In this document: positions 1-10,886 of the stretch, piece by piece | Numbering within the stretch: position 1 is the stretch's first letter | How the letters are laid out: every line of letters starts with the position of its first letter | NCBI GenBank assembly: GCA_010356995.1 | Contig: ML996687.1 | Coordinates: 621,803 to 685,802, forward strand | Origin: Trichodelitschia bisporula | Lineage: Eukaryota | Length of the DNA stretch: 64,000 bases | Reading direction: 5' to 3' | Translations under genes and position numbers: made by a program | Notes under the pieces: model-generated | Database searches by the model: none | What the model saw: only the letters and a program-made list of their open reading frames with translations | What the model was told of the DNA's origin: nothing

Positions 1-537
1 TTCGACGACGCGGCGTTCCGGTCGAGCGGGCGGCATGCGGAGCTACATGGGCAGCGGGACGTGACGGGTGTTGATCCGATGGAGCTTGCAGGCGAGGCAG
101 CGGGGATCGTGTACGTGAAGCTCGACGGGGAGGACCGGAATATCGGGACCGTGGTCAATGGCGCTGGGCTGGCGATGAACACGGTTGACGCGCTAGAGGC
201 GCAAGTTGGTGGTCTTGCGACGAATTTTCTGGACACGGGTGGGAAGGCGACGAGTGAGACTGTCAAACGGAGTTTTGAGCTTGTGCTTGCGGATCCGAGG
301 GTTAAGGTTGTGTTTGTGAATATTTTTGGCGGGTTGACGTTGGGGGATATGATTGCCCGGGGAGTGGTTATGGCGATGAGGGAGTTGGAGGTTCATGTGC
401 CGGTTGTGGTGAGGATTCGGGGGACGAGGGAGGAGGAGGGTCAGGCTGTGATACGGGAGAGTGGGTTGAAGGTTTTTGCGTATGATGGGTTTGAGGAGGC
501 GGCGCGGAAGGTGGTTGAGTTGGCCAATCGGTCCTGA
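1..537 (+). CDS. Succinyl-CoA ligase beta-subunit family protein, 3' part (runs off window start)
   Basis: Frame open from base 1 (FDDAAFR...). Motifs NIGTVVNGAGLAMNT, NFLDTGG, VNIFGG and VVVRIRGT match the SCS-beta C-terminal domain. Confidence 0.9.
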   Translation, partial: FDDAAFRSSGRHAELHGQRDVTGVDPMELAGEAAGIVYVKLDGEDRNIGTVVNGAGLAMNTVDALEAQVGGLATNFLDTGGKATSETVKRSFELVLADPRVKVVFVNIFGGLTLGDMIARGVVMAMRELEVHVPVVVRIRGTREEEGQAVIRESGLKVFAYDGFEEAARKVVELANRS

Positions 538-977
538 ATGGGGGTTGCATAGCGTTCCTGTTGGGGATAGAGCGGTACTGAGGCTTGTATGGCTGCTCTT
601 TGGCCGTGGGGGCCAAATATGAACTTGTATATGATGCATCTCGCGATTCGCGCTGGAGGCAAAAATGTGCTCACTGCAGGAGCCTTAACTGGCCTGATAT
701 ATGCCAGAGTTGATGTTTTGGCTTCCCTATTCCTCACATGTAGTCGCCGGCTCCCGCCCAGTAAAGTGACATATCTTGCAGATGAATCTCAATGTACGCC
801 TCCAAAAGCGCTGCAGCCAAAACTCGCCGTTCATTTTCCGCATCTCAACCTTCCCAGTTGGGTAACCGAGAGTTTGGCCATCACCGGTCACCTGACAACG
901 CGCAAATGCGCGACATGAAATTTGATATCCCCCCCTCATCCCTACCACCAGCCTTCCCCGTCCGCAATTCCCACAAT

Positions 978-2469
978 ATGGACGACTTCACCCACGCAAC
1001 AGAAGCCTACCTCTCCTGGCTCCGCGCCTCCGGCATAACCATAAGCCCCAAAATCCACCTCGCCGACCTACGCTCCCGCAACGCCAGCCGCGGCGTCGTC
1101 GCGCTGTCCAACATCGCGCCCGACGAGGAACTCTTCCGCATCCCCCGCTCCATCATTCTAACCCCGTCCTCCCTCCCTTCCCTCCCCGCCGACGCCGACC
1201 CCTGGACCGGGCTCATCCTCTCGCTAATCGCAGCACACAATGCCGGGCCCGCGAGTCCCTGGGCGCCGTATCTCGCCGTCCTGCCCCCGCTGGAGGCGTT
1301 CAACACGCTGCTGTTCTGGACTGAGGGCGAGCTGGCGGAGCTCCAGGCCAGCCCGGTGCTTGGCAGGATTGGGGCCGCTGAGGCGCGGGAGATGATTGCC
1401 GAGCGTGTGGTCCCGGTGATTGAGGCTGAGCCTGCGAGGTATGGGTACGCAGCTTCGCCGGGGCGGGACGAGATCTTCGCGACTGCGAACCGTTTTGCTA
1501 GCATCATCATGGCGTACGCATTCGACATCGAACGCGACCCGGCGGAGCGGCAGCCCGACGAGGAGGGGTATGTGACGGAGGACGAGGACGCGGAATTGCC
1601 GAAGGGCATGGTGCCGCTGGCGGACGCGCTGAATGCGGATGGCGAGCGGAATAATGTTTCCTTTCCAAACCCCGTTTCGTATTCTCTTTGGCTGATACAG
1701 CTAGGCGCGCTTGTTCTACGAGCCCGATGCCCTGGTGATGAAGGCTATCAAGCCGATCCCCGCGGGGGAAGAGTGTCTAAACGACTACGGCGAGCTGCCA
1801 CGCGCGGAGGTCCTGCGGCGGTACGGTTTCGTCAGCCCGACATATGCGGCGTGGGATGTGGCGGAGGTTGAGCAATCGCTTATCGACAGCGTTCTCCGCG
1901 CCGGTGGCATCGACATTCCTTTCTACACCTTCGCAGCCGAGCGGGTACGTCTCCCGCGCACATCTTACTCACTAACTCAACCGCCGCAGAACGCTTTGAT
2001 AAACGATCTGGAGATCCTAGACGACGCGTACGAAATCACGCGCCTCACACCCGATGTGCATGGTCTAAGTATCTTCGACCACGCCCTACGGCACCAGATC
2101 CTCCTCCGCGTTCTCGAACCGCTGCCCAACCCACCGCCTAAGCCCTCACATACAGCCAAAGACACATACCGCTACCCGCGCGCGTGGTTCGCCGTCCTAG
2201 AACAGGTAATCGAGGCGAAGCTGCGGCAGTACGGGACAACGCTTTTTGAGGACCGGGAGATTCTGGCGAGTTTGGAGCGGGCAGGCGAAGGAGCTGGGCG
2301 GCGCGGCATGGCGGTGCAAGTGCGGATGGCGGAGAAGGAGGTGTTGCATGGGGCGTTACAGGCGCTTGCGCTGGGACGGCGGGAGGCGGCGGAGGTTGAT
2401 ATAGGCGGGGAGAAGAGGAGGAGGGAGGAGGGAGAAGAGGGGGGGAGAAAGGTCAGGCGAGAACGATGA
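978..2469 (+). CDS. RKM4: SET-domain protein-lysine methyltransferase (Rkm4/SETD6-like)
   Basis: Motifs RGVVA..I..DEELFRIP, W.PYL..LP, GMVPLADALN and NDYG. Intron 1656-1704 joins NN|ARLFY; a probable in-frame intron lies at 1945-1989. Confidence 0.85.
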
Positions 2470-2519
2470 GGTATGCTGTGTTGGGGTCTTTAAAGAATGT
2501 AATTGAACATAGAGGCGGC

Positions 2520-3524
2520 CTATGGCCGGGGCAGCGAATCCATCTCGGACCGCTGTCCACGTCGCGCCTCTCCTCGACCTACTTCCTCCCCTACTATCTC
2601 CACAGTCCAAAGCACCGTCTCCCCGCGCACTTCCACCTCCACCTCGTCTTGCACCGCAAAATTACTCGTACTTACCCTGCCCCCCATCCTCGTCTCCCAG
2701 TCTGTCACATCCCATCTCAATCCCCGCGTACTCAACACCGCAGGCCCATAAATCGGCACCAGCCCACAATTCCCACTAAACACGCCCCCCGCCGGGTTCA
2801 CTCCATGAATAACATGGCGTCCGGGGCGCAGCAAAAACGACACGTTCGACTGCCCGATCAGAATGAGGTCATACCCGGGGTTATCGTTCGACTCGCGGAG
2901 CAATTCGTGCAGTAGGCCCAGAGCCTGGTCGACGCGCCCCGAGAGCGAGGCGAGGATGAGGACCGTGTGCCGGGGGGGTGGCACAACGCATTGATATTTA
3001 TAGCTGCTCTCAAGTAGTCTTTTGAGCTCCCCTAGCGCCTTTGCGAAATCGGTGCTCTCCTGATCGTCGTCCCGCGTCACCTTCGTACCCTCCCGTTCGT
3101 AGAAATCTCGCACGTCGTCCCGCACCGAGTCGAGATCGCCGTGGATGAAGTTCGGTAACTAGTCGATCAGCCACCGGTGTCCACAGAGAGAGGCAGGTCA
3201 GCATACCCAGTCATTAGCCTCCGTCCGGCCAAGCGCATCGAACAACCTGTTCGCGCCGCCATCGGCACATGCCCACGGCCACGTCCTTTCCAATATCGTT
3301 TTCAGAACAGAAACGGGCGGAAGAACGGTGTTTAAAATAAGAAGGCTAGCTTCATATCTCGTCTCGTCCTCTGATAATGGCCGGAAAAACGATGCGGGGA
3401 AGTGGTGCTTCACATCGGTGCCGGAGGGCGGCGTGTGATCAGATCCCAAGGGCGCGGGGGCAGAAGCGGATGTAGATGTACCAGATAAGATGTGCGCGGT
3501 TGTCGGGGGGTTAGAAGACGCCAT
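2520..3524 (-). CDS. THI80: Thiamine pyrophosphokinase
   Basis: Motifs CADGGANRLFD, IHGDLDS (formed across intron 3159-3206), DQESTDFAKAL, GRVDQ, TRGLRWD and VSTSN. Confidence 0.92.
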
Positions 3525-3873
3525 TGGGGTCTGAGCGATTGGTGGGGGTGTTAATTGTGCATGTGAGATGGCGCAGGACTCGGGTTGCGGGGCAATGGCG
3601 CAGGACTTGCTGCAGGCATGCATGTACAGCGGGCCGACGCGGCACGGTGCGGGCCGCGAATGGCTGGTTTTTATTCCCTCCTGGTTTGCTCCAAGTTGCA
3701 CGCAATCACAACGGCAAGATTCAGAGTGCACTTTAAGACCGTTGGAACACAAATGGCATTGACATTTCGGGTATCAGCTATGAACACATTACACATTATG
3801 CCTCCTCAACCGCTTGTTGATGCCGAGACAGCGGATCACCTTGACCCTGCCGAACATCGGACAAACAACCATC

Positions 3874-6800
3874 TCACAGTTTCGCTTTCAGCTGTACGTC
3901 CGCCGGAGCTTTGGCTGGAGCTTTGGCTGGAGCGCCAGGTGAGGAGACTTCCCGGATGTAAAACAGTATCTCCAATTTGTTCAACCACTCCTCGGTGAAG
4001 TCCCGTCCCATTGGATCGTCGCTGGGCGGTTCATCGCCGTTGAATAAGGCCTCGTAGACGTGGAAGATCTCTATGGCATACACCTCCCTTACCCCAAAGG
4101 TATCCTTGTGCTGCGTAAGCAGCCATGGAATACCGTGCCCATTGGGAGTCGCGAGCATGGCTTTAAACTCCTCAGGCGTGTCCTCGGGCGTGAGTCGGGC
4201 AGGCGAACCGCCACGATTCCAGTACTGCACGACTTGCTTTGTCTGTTGCATGGCGTACTGGACTGCATCACGAGTTCGCTCATTGATAACATGGTGGCGC
4301 AGCACATACTTCAGGCCTTTGGGGTCTAATGCCTGTTGATCCTTGTCTTTCTTCCACTGGTAATGGACAAAATCAGACCAGCTTTGCCGGAGCGCTGGCG
4401 GTGATCCGGCTGCTTGGGGTAAGGTAGCCGGTGACTGGTTGTTGAGTCCAATGAGCATCCCTTGGTAAATGGCGTTCATAAAATACGCTCTCGTTGGCCA
4501 CGATACGTTTGCCTTTCGCTGAAAGGTTTCACCCGTCACCTTCTTCGCCTTGAGGCCCAGTTTCTGAAGCATCGGTTTAAACCCCGGAAGCTCAAGATTT
4601 ATAGTTGCGGCCATTGTGTTGATTGCCCACCCGATGTCAAGAATTGTCTTCTCGTCAAGATCAGGGTAGTCCGACTCTACGCTGTCTCGACCGCCAACTT
4701 TTGCCGCGGTAGCAAGATCCGGGGCGGCCATCATCGCCATGAACCTGTGCTCGTGTTAGTCCAGTGCATCGTCTGAGAGGGCGCTCCATCATACTTAGCT
4801 CCTTGGCAAACGTAATCAACCCACCAAGGGGGCTCAGGAATGACCTGGACACTCCGCCGTGACCTGACCTGTTGCACAGAATCCCGAGGAGCGACTGGCC
4901 TTATGTGAAACAGAATTTGCAAACTGTTGTCCCAGCGATTCATGTCCATTCCCTCCCGGTCGTAGGGGTCTGGTTCCAGGAAGTCGTACTTCAACGCGTG
5001 GAAGGCTGTGATACCCCAGATCTCCCGCACACCAAAGGTGTCCTTGTGCTGGGTAAGTAGCCATGCCGCGCCACGCCCGTTCGGAGAGGCGAGAAGAGCT
5101 TTGAAAGGCTCCGGCGTATCTGTGAGAGTAAACCAGACCGGAGGCGGTTTTCCAGGCGTCCAGAACTTGATAGCTTGGCCGGTTTGCTGCATGGCATAGA
5201 TGAGACAATCCCGGGTCTGCACGTTCATCACGCCATCCTGTAGGACATAATTCAGGCCTCTCGGATCTAACGCTTGCTGTGTAGCATCGTTCATCCACTG
5301 GTGGTGCACAAAGTCCGCCCATCGTTGCGGTAAGGATGTCGAGGCCAGTTGGGGACCCTTGTTCGAAGGCGATAGGTTAGCCTCTGCGAAGATGGTACCC
5401 TGAGAAACGACGTTCGTGAAATACCCCTTCTCCAAGTCCCCATATATGTACGACACGCCGTAAGCAAATTCTGGCCTGAGGCCGATTGCCTTACACATCG
5501 CTTCATATCCGCTCAATCTGAGGTCTATGTCGGCTCCGAAAGTGTTGATTGTCCAGCCAGAGTTGATGATGGTGGCGTCATCAAGGTTAGGGTAGGCAGA
5601 TGCCACATTGCCATGGCCGCTAGCCGTTCCCGCAGTCGCCAGGTCCGGCGCAGCCATCATCGCAATATACCGGTCTCCCTTGCAGACAAATTCCTGCCAA
5701 AAGGTCGGCTTTTCAACGACCTGCACACTCCGCCGCGACTTGGCCCTCTGAAGACCCAGAGCTCGATCCTCGGAATCCGACTTGAAAGGAAGCGAAGATG
5801 GCGGCTCAGCTGCGGGTGACTGAACTCCAGGCGATCCTGGCTGGGATGGCGGCTCAGCTGCGGGTGACTGAACTCCAGGCGATCGTGGCTGGGATGGCGG
5901 CTCGGCTGCAGGTGGCTCGACTCCAGGCGATCCTGGCTGAGATGGCGGCTCAGCTGCAGGCGACTCGGCTCCAGGCGATCCCGGCTGAGATAGCGGCGTG
6001 CCCTGGACAGGCCGTATGTAAAACAACATCTCCAGCTGGTTGTTGTTGTTCATATCATAACCATTCGGATCTTTTGGATCGCGCTCCACCTTCCACTCGG
6101 AGCCCTCTTCCCCTACCCCTTCCTCCAGGACGTGGAAGACATCAATGGCCCAGATCTCCCGCACTCCAAACGTTTCCTTGTGTTGGGTGAGGAGCCATGC
6201 TACACCGCGCCCGTTGGGACAGGCGATTAAAGCGTGGAAAGCTTCAGGGTTCTGCTCCAGAGTAAATCGAGCGGGCTTGTGTTCTGCGCCCGAGTCCCAA
6301 TATTGGATAATCTGGTCCGTTAACTGGAGAGCGTACTTGATAGTATCCTGGGATTGCCCATTAACAACATCAGATTGTAGTACAGCTTTCAGTCCTTGGG
6401 GGTCCAGAGCCTGCTGCACCGCATCTGCTTGCCACTGGTATGCCATGAAGTCGGACCAACGCGACATTGGTGGTTGTCCCACTGGCACAGTTGCAGCAGC
6501 AGCGGCAGCGGCAGGCGAGAAGTTATTCTCGGCCACAAGCAAGCCTTGATGGATGATATTCACATAGTGTGAGCTATACTCCTGGAGGAATTAATCGGAC
6601 TCAAAGGACCATGCGGGCTTGTGGAACTTGCCTTTGCCCGTTTCCTTCTGTCTTCCGTTTGACGATAGTGGTCGTACGTGAACTCAATACTCCGGGCCTG
6701 GAATGAAGATATACCAAGCGCGGCCAACATTTGAGCATATGTCGGGTGTTTGAAGTCAGGAGCAGACTCATCGTCCGAAACTGTCCACCCCGAAGAAAGG

Positions 6801-7204
6801 ACATCCTGCTCGCTAGGATTGGGCCAGTCCGATGCAGTCTTTTGTGCGCCATTCGCGGCCTGGGCTGCGTTGATGTCGGGAGCCTTCATCATGTTCACGA
6901 GCCGGGCACCCTTGCAGACGAAGTCTATCCAGAACTTCGGCTCGTAGATGATATCCACACCAGGCCGCCATTGCATCGAGCGGATCGTGGGCAACGAGAG
7001 TGTAGTGAGGTTGTCGAGATGCAAAGCTGATTCAGCGGTATCCGGTATTTCGGTAGCAAACGGCGTGAACAGGACGCCGAGATCGAGAGCGTGCGGCACC
7101 AAGCTCGCTGTGTTCCACGTCGCATGATGCAGGAAGAGAGCCAGAAGTGTGGTGATGATGAAGACAGACGCCCCCAGAGGCTTGCAGAAGCGTGACGCCA
7201 GCAT
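3874..7204 (-). CDS. Secreted or membrane-anchored protein of unknown function with three tandem homologous domains (~1076 aa)
   Basis: Exons 7204-6632, 6581-4795 and 4744-3874 join in frame via a GC-AG intron (6582-6631) and a GT-AG intron (4745-4794). Hydrophobic N-terminus. The motif PNGxGxxWLLTQHKxTFGVRE occurs three times. Confidence 0.8.
5799..5990 (-). repeat. Coding minisatellite, 4 x 48 nt (SQPGSPGVQSPAAEPP linker)
   Basis: Four near-identical 16-aa units are visible in both DNA and translation. Confidence 0.95.
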
Positions 7205-7510
7205 TTTGGCGAGAAGCGAATGTGGACTGCCCAGAGGGCGAAGGAATGTGTGAGCTGAGGGTGAAGCAGAGTAAAGATGCGGAGGTATCCACAGTGCTGT
7301 AAAGAGTGACTGAAGATGGAGAGGGGCGGGCGGGTGTAGAGGTTGGAAAGGGAAAGGTTGGCAAAGTGGAAGAAGTTTAGAATTCTCTGCAGTTCTTCAA
7401 TCCTGTATGGGCAGCCGAGGTGTCAATGTGTGAGAGAAAGAGGAAGGAATGACCTCGTAGCCCCTTCCCTCCCCAGTCAGACACCATCGCTCCTCCCCCC
7501 CATCGACCGC

Positions 7511-8581
7511 TTACGACACGCGCACGACATTCAGACGGGGCGCCTCAGGCTCGCGGTGCAAGGCGGTAAACTCTCCGACTTCAATCCGCCTCTGCCACTT
7601 TGCCGATTCGCACCGCCCTGTTACCACCGTCATTCGCAGCACCGGCTCTTCCTGCTGCGTATTTGGAACTTGAGTAACAGTCCACCGTCCAAAGGCCCAG
7701 TTAAGAATGTATCGACCAGGGGAGTCGGCAGTCGTTGGTAAGGCGGATTTGTCTCCATTTGACGACGACGGCGCCTCGAGGCAGTAGAAGACTGCTTTGA
7801 TGCGGTACACCTCATCTTTGGATGCTTCCTGCAGCAGGGTCTTCAGCCTCGGCCAGCTGACACCGTCAGAAGGGTCGGGAGACGACAGCGTGACGGACAG
7901 GACTTCCACTTCGCTGTGGTGGTCATGGTCGTGGGGGTGCTCCTGCTCCTCTTCCGCACTCTTCGCGAGCTTCGCGTCTAGGCCGAGCAGCACATCTTTG
8001 CTGACCCAACCCTTGTCCGATTTCTCCCGCGGCGTTGGGACATCGAGATCGAGGTCGAGAATTCGGTCAATGCACTCTTCAAGTGCCCTTTCGCTAACGT
8101 GCTCCCACTTGTTCAGAACCAGCAGATCGGTATAGTTGGCTTGTAGCTTCGCCGTCACAGATGTGTCGTCGTAGCCCTTCCAGTTCTCCACGTCGATGAC
8201 AGAGATGACACCGTCAAGAACATAGTGCCCGGTCTCGCGTGCAATTCGGTTGATTTCCATGGCCAGAGTGGCGGGGAACGCGCTGCCGCTCGTCTCAATG
8301 ATAAAGCGATCTGGCGACTGCTCCGTCCGTAGCGTCTCGAGCGCGTCGCCCAGAGATCCAACCAGGTTGCAGCATATACAGCCGTTCAAAAGCTCCCGTA
8401 CGCCAGAGATGGCGGATGAGGCGGCCAGCTGGGAGTCCACGGCCACATCTCCAAATTCATTCTTTACCAGCGCTAGGCGGTAATTATCAGGTAGTTGCGG
8501 GATCAAGTTCAGTATCAGAGTGGTCTTGCCAGAGCCCAAGAAGCCGGTAATAATGGTGATGGGTATGGGAGAGGCGGTCAT
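7511..8581 (-). CDS. COG0523/CobW-family (Zng1-like) G3E metal-chaperone GTPase
   Basis: Walker A GFLGSGKTT, NEFG, GCICC, IETSG, NKWE and a His-rich stretch HPHDHDHH. Confidence 0.9.
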   Translation of the reverse strand: MTASPIPITIITGFLGSGKTTLILNLIPQLPDNYRLALVKNEFGDVAVDSQLAASSAISGVRELLNGCICCNLVGSLGDALETLRTEQSPDRFIIETSGSAFPATLAMEINRIARETGHYVLDGVISVIDVENWKGYDDTSVTAKLQANYTDLLVLNKWEHVSERALEECIDRILDLDLDVPTPREKSDKGWVSKDVLLGLDAKLAKSAEEEQEHPHDHDHHSEVEVLSVTLSSPDPSDGVSWPRLKTLLQEASKDEVYRIKAVFYCLEAPSSSNGDKSALPTTADSPGRYILNWAFGRWTVTQVPNTQQEEPVLRMTVVTGRCESAKWQRRIEVGEFTALHREPEAPRLNVVRVS

Positions 8582-8873
8582 GATGGTACGATCCACCCTG
8601 GTGTTGCTAATTCTTGCCTTTTATGGACTAGGTACCAAACGCATAAAAGCTGTTTGATTGAAGAAACTGGCTATATGTAGTCACCATTCTACACGGCGCT
8701 CGTTGGGTGATGCCCTGTGTAAAGGCTTGCACGATGTTTGGTTGCAAACACGGCATAACGTTTCGCCGCGGCCCCCGACGCCTGCGACATCGGATTGCGG
8801 GACAGTCATGGCGTCTCGAACTTCTGCTCTGCAACTTTTTCCCCGCCAAACGTACCCCACACTCCCTTCCTCA

Positions 8874-10563
8874 ATGGCTTCCCACACCCCCTCCCAGCGC
8901 TACCTCAGTACGCGTGGAGGTTCTTATGACTTCTCCTTTGAAGATGTAGTTCTCAAGGGCCTCGCGGCTGATGGCGGCCTTTTCATCCCGGAGGAAATAC
9001 CAGCCTTGCCGCAAGGCTGGCAAACCGAGTGGGCGAACCTCTCCTTCGAGGAGCTTGCGGTCAACATTTTTTCGCTCTACATTTCTCCGTCCGAGATCCC
9101 GCCTGCCGATCTCAAAGAGCTTGTCCGTAAGAGCTATGCCACGTTCCGCGATCCCTCCGTCACTCCCACCGTAACCCTCGACCCCACCCGGAACGTGCAT
9201 CTCCTCGAACTGTTCCACGGTCCGACCTTTGCGTTCAAAGATGTCGCATTGCAGTTCCTAGGCAATCTGTTCGAGTACTTCCTCGTGCGGCGTAACGCCG
9301 ACAAGTCCGCTGCCGATCGCGAGCATTTGGTCGTCATTGGCGCCACGAGTGGCGACACTGGGTCGGCGGCCATCTACGGCCTCCGCGGCAAGAAGGATCT
9401 CTCTGTGTTCATCATGCACCCCAAGGGAAAGATCAGCCCAGTGCAGGAGGCACAGATGACCACGGTGTTGGACGCCAATGTGCACAATTTGGCGGTGGAG
9501 GGTACGTTTGATGATTGCCAGGTATGGTTCCCGCTTGCTCTTGTTTGCATCACACAATCCGACAAAGCGCTCTGGAGTTCATTTGGACGTAAGCTGACCA
9601 CCCCAGGATTTTGTTAAAGCCCTCTTCGCCGACACTGAATTCAACAAGACACACCGCCTTGCAGCCGTCAATTCCATAAACTGGGCGCGCATCCTCGCCC
9701 AGATAACCTACTACTTTGCCTCGTACTTTGCGCTGCGGCGCGCCAACCCCTCCCAGCAGTCTATCCGCTTTGTCGTCCCGACCGGCAACTTCGGCGACAT
9801 CCTCGCAGGCTACTTCGCGAAGCGCATGGGCCTCCCCATCACACAGCTCGTAATCGCAACAAACGAAAACGACATTCTGCACCGCTTCTGGCGCTCCGGG
9901 CGTTACGAGAAGCACGAGGTGCGCGGCCCAGCTGCAGCGGGTGGCCTCCCGCAGGACGGCGTTAAGGCTCACGAGGCTGGCGTCAAGGAGACGCTCTCCC
10001 CTGCCATGGATATTCTGGTCAGCAGTAACTTCGAGCGCCTGCTCTGGTTCCTCGCGCACGACGTCCTAGGCTCCGGCGACGAAGCGTCGCGTCGCAAGAC
10101 TGCGGGCGAGGCTGTTAACGGCTGGCTCCAGGCCCTCAAGACTGAGGGCGGGTTTGCCGTCCCGGAGGAGGTCCTGGCTAAGGCCAGGCAGAACTTTGCC
10201 ACGGAGCGTGTGTCCGATGCGCAGACGCTGGCGACGATAACGGGGGCGTACAAGTGGGCGAAGGGATATGTGCTTGACCCGCATAGCGCGATTGGCATTG
10301 CTGCGGCGGAGCGTGTGGTACAACAGGGCGCAGAGGGGGATGTCGTTGCGCTGGCCACGGCGCATCCGGCGAAGTTTTCGGGTGCGGTGGAGTTGGCGCT
10401 TGCGCAGGAAAAGGCCTTTGATTTCAAGGCCCACGTGCAACCCAAAGAGTTTGCTGGGCTCGAGGATTTGCCGCGGAGGGTCACCACGGTCAGGCGCGAG
10501 GATGGGCTGGAGGGCGTGAGAAAGGTGGTACTGGAAGAGGTTGCTGCTGAGGGGGCGGCTTGA
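8874..10563 (+). CDS. THR4: Threonine synthase
   Basis: Motifs YLSTRG, ELFHGPTFAFKD, GATSGDTG, FDDCQ|DFVK across intron 9522-9606, PTGNFG, DPHSA and TAHPAKF. An alternative in-frame ATG lies at 8808. Confidence 0.97.
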
Positions 10564-10886
10564 TTATTGGATTCGGAGTTTGGGTAGATCGAGTTTCTGG
10601 TACGGAAAAGCTCGTGATGAGTCTACAGAGGCCGCTACAAAAGTGAAGCAATTACCTCTAGAACTAGTTCGTTTCGTGCCTTTTGGTCCTTTTCGGGATG
10701 CCGTTCCCGAACGCTTAACTCCGGGTAGCCGCAGGCCGGACATAGCACGTGCCGCGCAAGCCATAAAGTTTGTCGATGACGTCCGCACATCGCCCAAGGC
10801 CTGCGGGTGAACTTCACCTCACCCCCTCCACAACAATCTCACCCCACTCTCCACCTCCACCCACTCACAACCCCGCGCCACGAACA

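Noticed and set aside
5799..5990. Regular repeats resembling a CRISPR array
   Set aside because: There are no unique spacers or cas genes. It is an in-frame coding minisatellite in a eukaryotic gene.
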